Assembly (NCBI GenBank): GCA_039679445.1
Contig: JBDKUY010000026.1
Coordinates: 28,523 to 92,522, forward strand
Direction of reading: 5' to 3'
Length of the DNA: 64,000 nucleotides
DNA from: Methanofastidiosum sp.
Lineage (GTDB): Archaea; Methanobacteriota_B; Thermococci; Methanofastidiosales; Methanofastidiosaceae
The notes below the pieces were generated by a model. It did no database searches and was not told the origin of the DNA. It saw nothing but the letters and a program-made list of their open reading frames with translations. A program made the translations under genes and the position numbers. Shown here piece by piece: positions 19,824 through 28,894 of the stretch (its first letter is position 1; each line of letters starts with the position of its first letter).

Positions 19824-20222
19824 TTATTTTATTTTAATTTCAAAAGACTTCTCATCTATTGGAGGAACACTTTCCCATGGCCTAGCATAAGAGAAATTAA
19901 TATTAGTTTCTGTGTTAGATCCAATTACCTTGAATTCAAATATTTCAATTCCACCGCTTCCCATAAGTTGTGGTTCATCGGCTTTGTAAGATGAATCTAC
20001 AAGTTGGATTAGAGTTTCATCAAAATCTGCATTCCATTGGTATCCAGTAGTTGGATTGGATTTGAGGGTAATTTTGAATGTATCTCCTTTTTTCACAGTA
20101 ATGGCCCCTTGTGTATCTTCAGTATAAGTTTTTTCTTGTGCTCCAAAGAAGGCGAAATATGCAGCTATTGCAATTAGGATAATAACTATTCCTCCGATTA
20201 ATATTTTTTTGTTTTTTTCCAT
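19824..20222 (-). CDS. Chagasin-family (I42) cysteine-protease inhibitor, membrane-anchored or secreted
   Basis: 132 aa with an N-terminal TM/signal anchor, an NPTTGYQW motif, GSGGIEIFEF and RPWE motifs characteristic of chagasin/amoebiasin inhibitors. Confidence 0.8.
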   Translation of the reverse strand: MEKNKKILIGGIVIILIAIAAYFAFFGAQEKTYTEDTQGAITVKKGDTFKITLKSNPTTGYQWNADFDETLIQLVDSSYKADEPQLMGSGGIEIFEFKVIGSNTETNINFSYARPWESVPPIDEKSFEIKIK

Positions 20223-20389
20223 TTATATCACCTGTTCAACATATTCTAAATATCTTTTATATTTTTAAATATAATGATATGGTTCAATATATTTTGAAGC
20301 TAAATAAGTAAAAATTATGGATTAATTAATGACTGTAAATAAAACTAATTAATATTAAATTTATCTTTGTTTAAGGATTTTTTAGAAAA

Positions 20390-22861
20390 TTATCTTCCTA
20401 CTATGTTCTCTATCTCTTTTATTGTAGCTTTTCTCTGTTTCTCCTTTCCATAAAGGGCAAATATCTTCTCTGCTGTTTCAAGAGTTCTTATTGCAGAATC
20501 TAACCAATTGATCAAATCTGCCGAAAAAATCTTCAATCCATACTCTTTTCTAAATTCTTCACTAATCCTATGGGGGGATAATTTTGCTTTTCTTAAATCT
20601 AATAATCTTTTTCCGATCTCAATCTTTGGACAATTACAATATGGGGCATCTTTGCAACCACAAGCAAAAAATTCAGCTAAAAGATTAATCAAGACTTCTT
20701 CACCATGCCTAGATAGTGCTTCTTTTCTATTTTGGAAGTAAATTTTTTCTAGAGTTGTTCCAGAAAAAAGAGAAGATGAATCAATTTTTAGAATAGCTTG
20801 GAGTTTACTTGTGAGGTAAGTATTAGGGAATGGTAAAGTTTGAAAAATAATTTCTCTAACGTCCTCTCTATTAAATTTTTTCATGAAAAGAGCATGGGGT
20901 ATTTTAAGAAAATTTGAGGAGACAATTCTACCAAATTTAGTAATATTTGCCTTATCTGCCTTAATATCAATCAGTCCCTCCTTTCGTAAAGTATCAATAA
21001 ATACACTGTCAAAAGATGGAGCAAATCCCATTTCAAAATTTCTTTTTATTTCGCCAACAGATAAATTGGAAAATGTGGAAATAATCGATAATGTTCTTTC
21101 TAGGGATGTATCACTATCATATTGAATATCTACCTTCTCAGATTTATTATCTAAAAGATAAAAACAATGTTCTTCTTCAGAAACCTCACCGTACTTTTCT
21201 TGCGGATCTATCAAAAGGTAAGCCTTTCCTCTATCATGAAAAGACGGTCTGCCTGCTCTACCTATCATCTGCTGGAATTCAAATATCTTAAGTGGCTCTA
21301 TCCCCATGGAAAGCGTTTCGAAAGTAACTGCTGATGCTGGAAAGTCAACGCCTGCAGCAAGTGCTGCCGTAGTGACGACAGTATCAAGCTTTCCTTTCCA
21401 AAATTTATTTTCTATTTCTCTTCTCTCCTTAAAAGGAAGGCCAGAATGGTAAGCTGCCGCATTTATCCCTCTCGTTTTAAAATGTTCAGCAAGAGAATGA
21501 CAATTTTTTCTTGAATTAGAAAAAACAATTACTTGCCCTCTGTGGCCTTTTGAAGAGATTTCTGAATTTTCCTTTCTTATTAGCCTAGAGATAATATGGA
21601 GTTTTCCACCGTGACCAGTACAGAAAATAACGTGTCTTTCTAATGGGACAGGCCTCTTGTCATAACTCACAAGTTCCATTTTGAGTATATCCGAGAGTTC
21701 CTTTGGATTTCCAACAGTTGCAGATAGCCCAATAAACTGAGCCTTTGGACACAAAATATATAGTCTTGATATTAAGCTGTCTAATAGAGGGCCTCTTTCT
21801 TTGTCTTGAAGCATGTGAATTTCATCTATTACAACAGTAGAAATGCCATTAATAGTAATCCCAGACCTAAAAATCTGGTCTATGCCTTCATATGTTCCAA
21901 TTATTATGTCAGCATCTAAAGACCTGTTTATATCTTTTGGATTTTCGGCAATTCTAGATAACCCGACTCTTAAAGAAACACTGTTATTTGGATAATTCTC
22001 TCTAAAGTCCTCATACTTCTGCAAAGAAAGCGAAACTAAAGGGGATAAGTAAAGTAATTTATCTCCCTTTTTATATCTTGAAAAAAATGATAATTCTCCT
22101 ATCAATGTTTTTCCTGAAGCAGTTTCGCTCATAACGAGAAAATTATTGCCTTTGAATAGTCCCTTGTCTATTGCAATGGACTGTACCGGTGTAAGTTCAT
22201 TTATACCTCTTGAAGAAAATCTGTCTTTGAATTCGCTAGATATATCAAGGTCTGATATTTTATGAATTTTAATGCCAAGGGGAGAAGAGTCAATCCTATC
22301 GTACATCGTAATGGAAGAATCTCTTGTAGGATCAAACTTTGGATCAAAAACCATAAGCACCCTGTCAACATCAGAATATCTTTTCAGTAATTTTTCAGCA
22401 AGTTTTGTATCCTTGATCCCCTTATAGTTCAAATCTTTTGCAATTTCAGATTTTGCACATATTTCACATATTGGCTCGGAGTGATATGTGTAGGGAGTTC
22501 CTTTAGTATTGATTCTATTTTCAATCAAGCAGAACTTGCATAAAGAAATAAAATCAAATTTAGCACCATAAGATTTTAGCATGTTGATAAATAAATTCAA
22601 TATATCCTCGGTGAAGTGGTCCTTTGATATGTAAATGGTATCGCTTCTTAGAAGTTTAAGTGATTCTTTTGGCATCAAGATTGTTTCTTTATCATCTTCA
22701 ATCTTTCTAAATTTTTTAGGAACAAATCGCTCTCCATCTTGGGCAAGAACAAGAAGATATTTTGTAGTAATCTTCCCACTAAGAACTTCTAGGATTTCAA
22801 CTTCGTCTTTTTTCTTCTTGTTCCTTACGGCAATGAGCATTATAAGAAACCTTTTCCACAA
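20390..22861 (-). CDS. Ski2/Hel308-like SF2 helicase with an N-terminal zinc-ribbon extension
   Basis: Helicase motifs I SETASGKT, II DEIHML, III LSATVGN, VI QMIGRAGRP. An N-terminal roughly 200 aa region carries CxxC...CxxC. A C-terminal region carries CGCKDAPYCNCP. Confidence 0.8.
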   Translation of the reverse strand: MWKRFLIMLIAVRNKKKKDEVEILEVLSGKITTKYLLVLAQDGERFVPKKFRKIEDDKETILMPKESLKLLRSDTIYISKDHFTEDILNLFINMLKSYGAKFDFISLCKFCLIENRINTKGTPYTYHSEPICEICAKSEIAKDLNYKGIKDTKLAEKLLKRYSDVDRVLMVFDPKFDPTRDSSITMYDRIDSSPLGIKIHKISDLDISSEFKDRFSSRGINELTPVQSIAIDKGLFKGNNFLVMSETASGKTLIGELSFFSRYKKGDKLLYLSPLVSLSLQKYEDFRENYPNNSVSLRVGLSRIAENPKDINRSLDADIIIGTYEGIDQIFRSGITINGISTVVIDEIHMLQDKERGPLLDSLISRLYILCPKAQFIGLSATVGNPKELSDILKMELVSYDKRPVPLERHVIFCTGHGGKLHIISRLIRKENSEISSKGHRGQVIVFSNSRKNCHSLAEHFKTRGINAAAYHSGLPFKERREIENKFWKGKLDTVVTTAALAAGVDFPASAVTFETLSMGIEPLKIFEFQQMIGRAGRPSFHDRGKAYLLIDPQEKYGEVSEEEHCFYLLDNKSEKVDIQYDSDTSLERTLSIISTFSNLSVGEIKRNFEMGFAPSFDSVFIDTLRKEGLIDIKADKANITKFGRIVSSNFLKIPHALFMKKFNREDVREIIFQTLPFPNTYLTSKLQAILKIDSSSLFSGTTLEKIYFQNRKEALSRHGEEVLINLLAEFFACGCKDAPYCNCPKIEIGKRLLDLRKAKLSPHRISEEFRKEYGLKIFSADLINWLDSAIRTLETAEKIFALYGKEKQRKATIKEIENIVGR

Positions 22862-22902
22862 TATTTATAAAATAACCTTTTTAATATAATAAAGGTGCTC
22901 CT

Positions 22903-23322
22903 TTGAAGGTTCTTATTGCTGGTAATTTTGATGTTATCCATCCAGGACATATCTATTTCTTAACTGAGGCATCAAAATTAGGGGATGTCACCGTTGTTGT
23001 AGCCAGAGATGAAACTATAAAGAAGTTCAAGGGACGTGCCCCGATATTTAATGAGAATGAACGTAAATTGATTCTTGAAAATCTTAAGATGGTTGAAAAA
23101 GTTATACTTGGAGATCAAAAAGATTTTTTTGCTCCGGTCCTAGTGGAGAATCCGGATATTATTTTTCTGGGTCCTGACCAGTATTCCTCGTGGATCGAAG
23201 AACGTATCAGTAAAAGCGGACTTAATACAAAAATAATGAGGCTTGACAAGAGATTACCTTATAGTTCAAGTGAACTTAAGAAGAGGTTTTTAAAGGTATA
23301 CACATTAGATTCTATTAAGTGA
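22903..23322 (+). CDS. ribL: Archaeal FAD synthetase (FMN adenylyltransferase, cytidylyltransferase fold)
   Basis: 139 aa with GNFDVIHPGH (HxGH) nucleotidyltransferase motif. The start is TTG at 22903 after GGTG. Confidence 0.78.
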   Translation: MKVLIAGNFDVIHPGHIYFLTEASKLGDVTVVVARDETIKKFKGRAPIFNENERKLILENLKMVEKVILGDQKDFFAPVLVENPDIIFLGPDQYSSWIEERISKSGLNTKIMRLDKRLPYSSSELKKRFLKVYTLDSIK

Positions 23323-23356
23323 GACTTAGAAATATAATTATCACAGGATTTTTCAT

Positions 23357-24358
23357 ATGTTCAAAGAAATACCTCGTATAGATATAGACGAGATAGTGGA
23401 TAAGGCATTTAGAAATGCTAAGAAAAAAGCCCTCTCTAGTAAAAAAAATATCAATGAGATTGTTAAAGAGAAAGAATCGATTAGAGTTACGGTTGCTGGA
23501 GAAAATTTAGCAGAGTCTGTTTTCAAAGTTGTAGAGAGATACCCTTCGTTTGATAGATTACCACCATTTACAAGAGAGTTGATAGATGTAATTGTTGGCA
23601 TAGATAAATTAAGACACAATTTAGGTGCTCTTTCTTTTGCAGTGAATACAATTAACGCGGTTAAGATAGAGTATATAAAAAATATTAGAAGGGCAAAGTC
23701 CTCTCAGGATGCATCATTTCTGAGAAAACAGTGCTATGGGAGATATATCTCAATATTAAAACAAGTAGAAAAAAATCTAAAATTTTTGAATAATGCACGA
23801 GAGAAACTAAAAAATCTTCCTTCAATAAATCCTGATTTATACACGGTAGTCATTGCAGGATTTCCAAATGTAGGTAAATCTTCACTACTAAAAGCCTTAA
23901 CTAATTCTGAACCTGAAATTAATTCTTATCCATTTACAACAAAAGGAATTAATGTTTCCTCATTTACCTACAATAAAAGAAAGATCCAGGTTGTAGATAC
24001 ACCCGGGCTATTAGATAGAGAACTTAGCTATAGGAATCCAATTGAACTACAAGCTATATCTGCATTGAAGTATCTTGCAAAATTAATTTTATTTGTCTTT
24101 GATCCAACTGAATCATGCGGTTACACCATGGCAGACCAGATGAACCTATATAATGAAATATCTGAGAGTTTTGTAGGCGTTCCATTTATAAAGGTTTTAA
24201 ATAAAACAGATTTAAAAGATTGGGGTTTTAAAGACGACGTGGGGGGCATAAAAATATCTGCTCAAGAAGGGTCAAATATAGACATCTTGAAAAAAAATAT
24301 TGAAGATATACTTTTCAAGTATTTTGAAGAAGAGGTGGATTACTTTGAAAAAGATTGA
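23357..24358 (+). CDS. NOG1-family GTP-binding protein
   Basis: 333 aa with G1 GFPNVGKSS, G3 DTPG and G4 NKTD motifs, and an N-terminal NOG1-like domain. Confidence 0.85.
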   Translation: MFKEIPRIDIDEIVDKAFRNAKKKALSSKKNINEIVKEKESIRVTVAGENLAESVFKVVERYPSFDRLPPFTRELIDVIVGIDKLRHNLGALSFAVNTINAVKIEYIKNIRRAKSSQDASFLRKQCYGRYISILKQVEKNLKFLNNAREKLKNLPSINPDLYTVVIAGFPNVGKSSLLKALTNSEPEINSYPFTTKGINVSSFTYNKRKIQVVDTPGLLDRELSYRNPIELQAISALKYLAKLILFVFDPTESCGYTMADQMNLYNEISESFVGVPFIKVLNKTDLKDWGFKDDVGGIKISAQEGSNIDILKKNIEDILFKYFEEEVDYFEKD

Positions 24359-24833
24359 GCCTATAACAAAAGGACTTACTGGTTTTTTAAGAAGTTTCAA
24401 GAAGATTGTAGAGGATATTGATGAAGGAAAAGAAATTAAGAAAATAGTATTTACTGGAAATCCTTACACTTGCACCCCAATAATTGAACTATTAAGTTAT
24501 GCTATTAGAGAGATGAACAAAGAATTAATTTTTGTTCCGTCGCTTAATATTAATGACCCTTATAAGATGAATCTTTCGGATATTCATTTTGATTTTGTTA
24601 AAGGTGGAAATCCGCTTAACCCAGATTTAAATGTTATACTGGGGGGCCTTGCTATGCGAGGAGGCCCAGATGTAGGTAATGTCAATAGTTTTTTAGAAAA
24701 AATAGGCAACAAAGAAAAAAAGATTGTCGGCGTATGTTTTATGAGCGTTATTGAAAAGGCAGGTTGGTGCGAAGTTGTGCCTTTTGACTATCTGATTGAT
24801 ATACAAATGGATGGTTCATTGTACGGTAGATAA
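24337..24833 (+). CDS. Hypothetical protein (about 165 aa) immediately upstream of ycaO
   Basis: The ORF is tightly packed with ycaO (TAA, 1 nt, ATG). The probable start is TTG near 24337, because the ORF-track ATG at 24300 overlaps nog1. There are 4 Cys residues and no family recognised by eye. Confidence 0.45.
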
Positions 24834-24834
24834 A

Positions 24835-26088
24835 ATGGAACTCAAAAGCTGTAAAAAACAATACATGAAGGATACTCACAGAGCTATCCCCCCAGAAGAA
24901 ACGCTAGAAATCGTCAAAGATAAACTCGATATATGTGGAATCACTAGAGTTGCAGATATAACTGATCTGGATAGACTTGGGATCCCAGTTTTCTCCGCCG
25001 TACGGCCTGACGCATCACAGGGCTCAGTGTCAGTCTATAACGGAAAAGGCGTATCTAAAACTGAGGCGGAGGTATCTGCGATAATGGAAGGTATCGAAAG
25101 ATATTCTTCTGAAGTTAATGAAGAGATGATTTTAGATTCTTCAGAATCTGAATTGAACGGGAAAGTAAATCATTTGTCCCCTTATGAATTAGCATTGCCC
25201 GCCCAAGAGATGTATAACGAATATATAAAAATAGGGTGGGTTAAAGGTTACGATCTTATTAGGAAAGAAGAAATCTATGTGCCTGCAAATTCTGTATTTC
25301 ATCCCTATCCTCTAAAAAGAGATTACCCCCTTTTCAGAACAAACACAAATGGATTGGCTTCTGGGAATACTTTAGAGGAAGCAATTTTTCATGGTCTATG
25401 TGAAGTTATTGAAAGAGACGCATGGTCTCTTGTTGAGATGAAAAGAACTTTCCCCAAGGATCTTATAATTGAGATAAATGATCCTTTACTTGAAGATTTT
25501 CTCAATAGATTTAAGGAAAATGAAATAGAAATTGTTTTTAAAGATATTACTTCTGATGACATAAAAGTTCCAACAATACTTGCTGCAATTGATGATTTGA
25601 GATTAAAGGATCCAACTCTTATGGTAATGGGGATGGGAACTCATATCGACCCGAAAGTAGCCTTATACCGTGCGATAACTGAAGCAGCACAATCAAGATT
25701 GACCCAAATTCACGGTGCTAGAGAAGACACTCAGAAAGCAGAAATGAAAAGAAGGATAGGCTATGACCGTATCAGAAAACTAAACTGGTATTACTTAAAT
25801 AAATTTGGAGTTGAGACAAAGACTTCTGATTTCACAGCTAAAGCTTCAGATGATATCCTAGAAGACATTAATACATTATTAGATATTTTAACTAAGAATG
25901 GAATTAACAGAGCAATCGTTGTTGATCTCACAAGAAGCGAACTTGGAATACCTGTGGTAAGAGTTCTTATTCCTCAACTTGAACAGTATGGTATTGATAA
26001 CTCAAGAATTGGATCAAGAGGGCGGATGAGAGAAGTTGATAAAAATTATTATCTATTTGGGCCCAAGCCTTCCTCTAGAAGAGGCTAA
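24835..26088 (+). CDS. ycaO: YcaO-domain protein (ATP-dependent backbone thioamidation/cyclodehydratase family)
   Basis: YcaO blocks GKGVSKTEAEVSAIMEGIERYS and NGLASGNTLEEAIFHGLCEVIERDA are present. The start is MELKSCKK at 24835. Confidence 0.88.
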   Translation: MELKSCKKQYMKDTHRAIPPEETLEIVKDKLDICGITRVADITDLDRLGIPVFSAVRPDASQGSVSVYNGKGVSKTEAEVSAIMEGIERYSSEVNEEMILDSSESELNGKVNHLSPYELALPAQEMYNEYIKIGWVKGYDLIRKEEIYVPANSVFHPYPLKRDYPLFRTNTNGLASGNTLEEAIFHGLCEVIERDAWSLVEMKRTFPKDLIIEINDPLLEDFLNRFKENEIEIVFKDITSDDIKVPTILAAIDDLRLKDPTLMVMGMGTHIDPKVALYRAITEAAQSRLTQIHGAREDTQKAEMKRRIGYDRIRKLNWYYLNKFGVETKTSDFTAKASDDILEDINTLLDILTKNGINRAIVVDLTRSELGIPVVRVLIPQLEQYGIDNSRIGSRGRMREVDKNYYLFGPKPSSRRG

Positions 26089-26695
26089 ATATATTTTGTC
26101 TTCAGATAAGAAAAGGGAAGTTGTCTACGCCCCTCCAATTAAACGAGGAGATATTCCAAAGGCTGTTTCAGAAGGTTTTGATATAATTGGAATTATTGAT
26201 GGGGTTTTCTTTAGGGAAAGTGCTGTATCGCCTAGAGAGTTAATGGAAGTTCTAAAGAGTGGCGTAAAAATATATGGTGCTTCGAGTATGGGTGCTTTAC
26301 GCGCTTCAGAACTTGATAGGTATGGAATGATAGGAGTTGGAAAAATTTATCAGTGGTATCGGGGCGGAATCCTAAATTCTGATGATGAAGTCGCATTATC
26401 CTTTGATAGTGAAGAATTTATCCCAATATCAGAACCTCTTGTAAATATTAGAGAGACAATAAAAAAAGCCACTAATCAGAATATAATAAGTCCAGAAGAA
26501 TCAGAAATACTCTTCAAATCAGCAAAAAGTTTGTATTTCCCAGAAAGACGATGGAATAAGATAATTGAAAACTCAGAAAAAATATTAGGTAATAAACTTT
26601 CTAATTTTTCCCTATTTGTTAAGAGCAACAGAGTGGATATAAAGAAAGAAGATGCTATCCTTCTTCTTAAAAAGATAGATGAGGATTCGAAATAG
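26036..26695 (+). CDS. tfuA: TfuA-like protein (YcaO partner)
   Basis: MIKIIIYLGPSL...IGIIDGVFF...GASSMGALRASEL matches TfuA domain conservation. It overlaps the ycaO 3' end by 53 nt in another frame. Confidence 0.85.
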   Translation: MIKIIIYLGPSLPLEEAKYILSSDKKREVVYAPPIKRGDIPKAVSEGFDIIGIIDGVFFRESAVSPRELMEVLKSGVKIYGASSMGALRASELDRYGMIGVGKIYQWYRGGILNSDDEVALSFDSEEFIPISEPLVNIRETIKKATNQNIISPEESEILFKSAKSLYFPERRWNKIIENSEKILGNKLSNFSLFVKSNRVDIKKEDAILLLKKIDEDSK

Positions 26696-26723
26696 TTATA
26701 AGTTTCTATCTTAAAGGTTTATC

Positions 26724-27986
26724 ATGAGAAACAATAAAGATCTCTTTGATGAATCAAAAAAATATCTTTGTGGTGGGGTTAATAGTCCTGTTCGGGCCAT
26801 GAAACCGTACCCTTTTTTTACCGAAAGAGCGAAGGGTCCAATGTTATTGGATGTTGAGGGAAACAGTTATATAGATTATTGTTTAGGTTACGGCCCAATG
26901 ATGTTGGGACATAAAAATCCAGAAATCATTGATGCGGTAAAACATCAACTTGAAAAAGGAACTGATTATGGAACACCAACTGAAGATGAGATTACCTTTG
27001 CAAAGAGATTGTCCCAAATTGTGCCCAATGTAGAAAAGGTTAGGTGTGTTAGCACCGGTACTGAAGCGACAATGAGTGCTATACGGCTTGCTAGAGGTAT
27101 AACTCAACGGGATAAGATAGTAAAATTTGATGGGGGATTTCACGGCGCCCATGATGTAGTTTTGGTAAAAGCTGGATCTGGAGTAATGACTACAGCTAGC
27201 CCCGGTTCAATGGGTATACCAAAAGATTCTATAAAAAATACTATTTCTGTGCAATTTAACAACATCGAGGCTTTATCATCTATAGTTGAGAAAGGTAATG
27301 TTGCAGGAATAATAATAGAGCCAATAATTGCAAACGCAGGCTGTATTCTACCTGAAAAAGGATACCTAAAGGAAGTAAAAAGGACTGCAAAACAAAACGG
27401 AACTTTATTGATTATGGACGAAGTTATAACAGGATTTAGAGTTGGTCTAGGTGGTGCTCAGGAATACTTCAAAGTCAATGGAGACATTATAACTATAGGG
27501 AAAATTATTGGTGGAGGATTTCCACTTGCAGCGTTTGGAGGAAAAAAGAAGATAATGAATGAAGTATCTCCCGAAGGTCATGTATATAATGCAGGTACAT
27601 TCAATGGAAATCCAGTTTCTATAGCTGCAGGATTAAAGACTCTAGACATCTTAGAAAGGAAAGAGACATATCCAAAAATAAAGGATATGACCGATAAAAT
27701 CACAGACGGGATTTATGATATGACTTCAAAAATGAAAACTGCGCTATACAGTGCCCCTGGAATGTTTTGTTTATACTTCGGTGTTGACAAAGTTAAAAAT
27801 TATGAAGATGCAAAAAAATCGGATACAGAAATGTTTAAAAAATTCCACAAAGAACTATTAAAAAAAGGTGTATTCTTACCACCTTCGCAATTTGAATGTA
27901 ACTTCTTGTCAATAGACCATGATGAAGAAGTAATAGATAAAACGCTAGAAAGCATGAGTTCTGTGTTAAAGACAATTAAAAGATGA
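26724..27986 (+). CDS. hemL: Glutamate-1-semialdehyde 2,1-aminomutase
   Basis: 420 aa class-III aminotransferase with HemL signature blocks and the PLP lysine region GKIIGGG. It ends in TGA 8 nt before the hemC ATG. Confidence 0.92.
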   Translation: MRNNKDLFDESKKYLCGGVNSPVRAMKPYPFFTERAKGPMLLDVEGNSYIDYCLGYGPMMLGHKNPEIIDAVKHQLEKGTDYGTPTEDEITFAKRLSQIVPNVEKVRCVSTGTEATMSAIRLARGITQRDKIVKFDGGFHGAHDVVLVKAGSGVMTTASPGSMGIPKDSIKNTISVQFNNIEALSSIVEKGNVAGIIIEPIIANAGCILPEKGYLKEVKRTAKQNGTLLIMDEVITGFRVGLGGAQEYFKVNGDIITIGKIIGGGFPLAAFGGKKKIMNEVSPEGHVYNAGTFNGNPVSIAAGLKTLDILERKETYPKIKDMTDKITDGIYDMTSKMKTALYSAPGMFCLYFGVDKVKNYEDAKKSDTEMFKKFHKELLKKGVFLPPSQFECNFLSIDHDEEVIDKTLESMSSVLKTIKR

Positions 27987-27993
27987 GGATAAA

Positions 27994-28890
27994 ATGAAAC
28001 TTATTTGCGGTACTAGAGGCTCAAAGCTAGCTTTGACTCAAACTGATGAAGCAATTAATGATTTATGTAAAAATACTGGAATTGAAGTTGAAAAAAAAAT
28101 AATAAAAACTAAAGGAGACCAGATTCTTGACCTTCCATTGCACAAGATTGGAGGTAAAGGCCTATTCATCAAAGAAATAGATGATGCCCTTATTAACAAT
28201 CAAATTGATTTTGCCATTCATTCTCTAAAGGATTATCCAACTGATATCCTGCCAGAACTTGAAATTTGTGCCATCACTAAAAGAAGGTCCCCTTATGACG
28301 CCATAATAAGTCTTGAAGAATCTATAGAAGATCTGCCAGAAGAAGCTTTAGTTGGTACATCCTCTTTAAGGAGAAAGTCTGAAATATCAAGAATCCGCCC
28401 AGACCTAGACCTTAAAGACATACGGGGAAATTTAGACACAAGAATAAGAAAACTAAAGGAAGGCCTCTATGATGCAATTATTGTCGCAGAAGCTGGATTT
28501 TCAAGATTGTACGGAGATAAAAAAGAAATTGGAGGTTACAGATTTTCTCGAATAAGTCCAGAAACCATTATTCCTGCTCCTGGGCAAGGTGCTTTGGCTA
28601 TTGTATGCAAAAAAGATGATTCTAAAATAAAAGAAGTATTGAAAACTATTGATGACGAGAAGACAAGGATAGAAACGATGTGTGAAAGACAATTCATGAT
28701 TGATGTTGGAGGAGGGTGTAATCTTCCTGTGGGAGCCCTTTCTTTCATAAATGAAAATGAAATAGAACTCAAAGCATTCGTGGGGGATTTGGAAGGGGCT
28801 AAATCTGTCAGGGGCGAAATAAAAGGAAAGAAGGAAGATTATATAAGGATAGCTAAAGAGCTTGCTAAGAGAGTAAATATTAGAGAGTGA
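27994..28890 (+). CDS. hemC: Porphobilinogen deaminase (hydroxymethylbilane synthase)
   Basis: 298 aa with the GTRGSKLALTQT N-terminus and a cofactor-binding Cys region. Confidence 0.92.
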   Translation: MKLICGTRGSKLALTQTDEAINDLCKNTGIEVEKKIIKTKGDQILDLPLHKIGGKGLFIKEIDDALINNQIDFAIHSLKDYPTDILPELEICAITKRRSPYDAIISLEESIEDLPEEALVGTSSLRRKSEISRIRPDLDLKDIRGNLDTRIRKLKEGLYDAIIVAEAGFSRLYGDKKEIGGYRFSRISPETIIPAPGQGALAIVCKKDDSKIKEVLKTIDDEKTRIETMCERQFMIDVGGGCNLPVGALSFINENEIELKAFVGDLEGAKSVRGEIKGKKEDYIRIAKELAKRVNIRE

Positions 28891-28894
28891 TCTT

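Noticed and set aside
26036-26088. The 53-nt overlap of ycaO and tfuA as a frameshifted fusion.
   Set aside because: Both proteins have family-typical termini (TfuA begins MIKIIIYLGPSL) and are in different frames. Overlapping gene pairs are common in this window.
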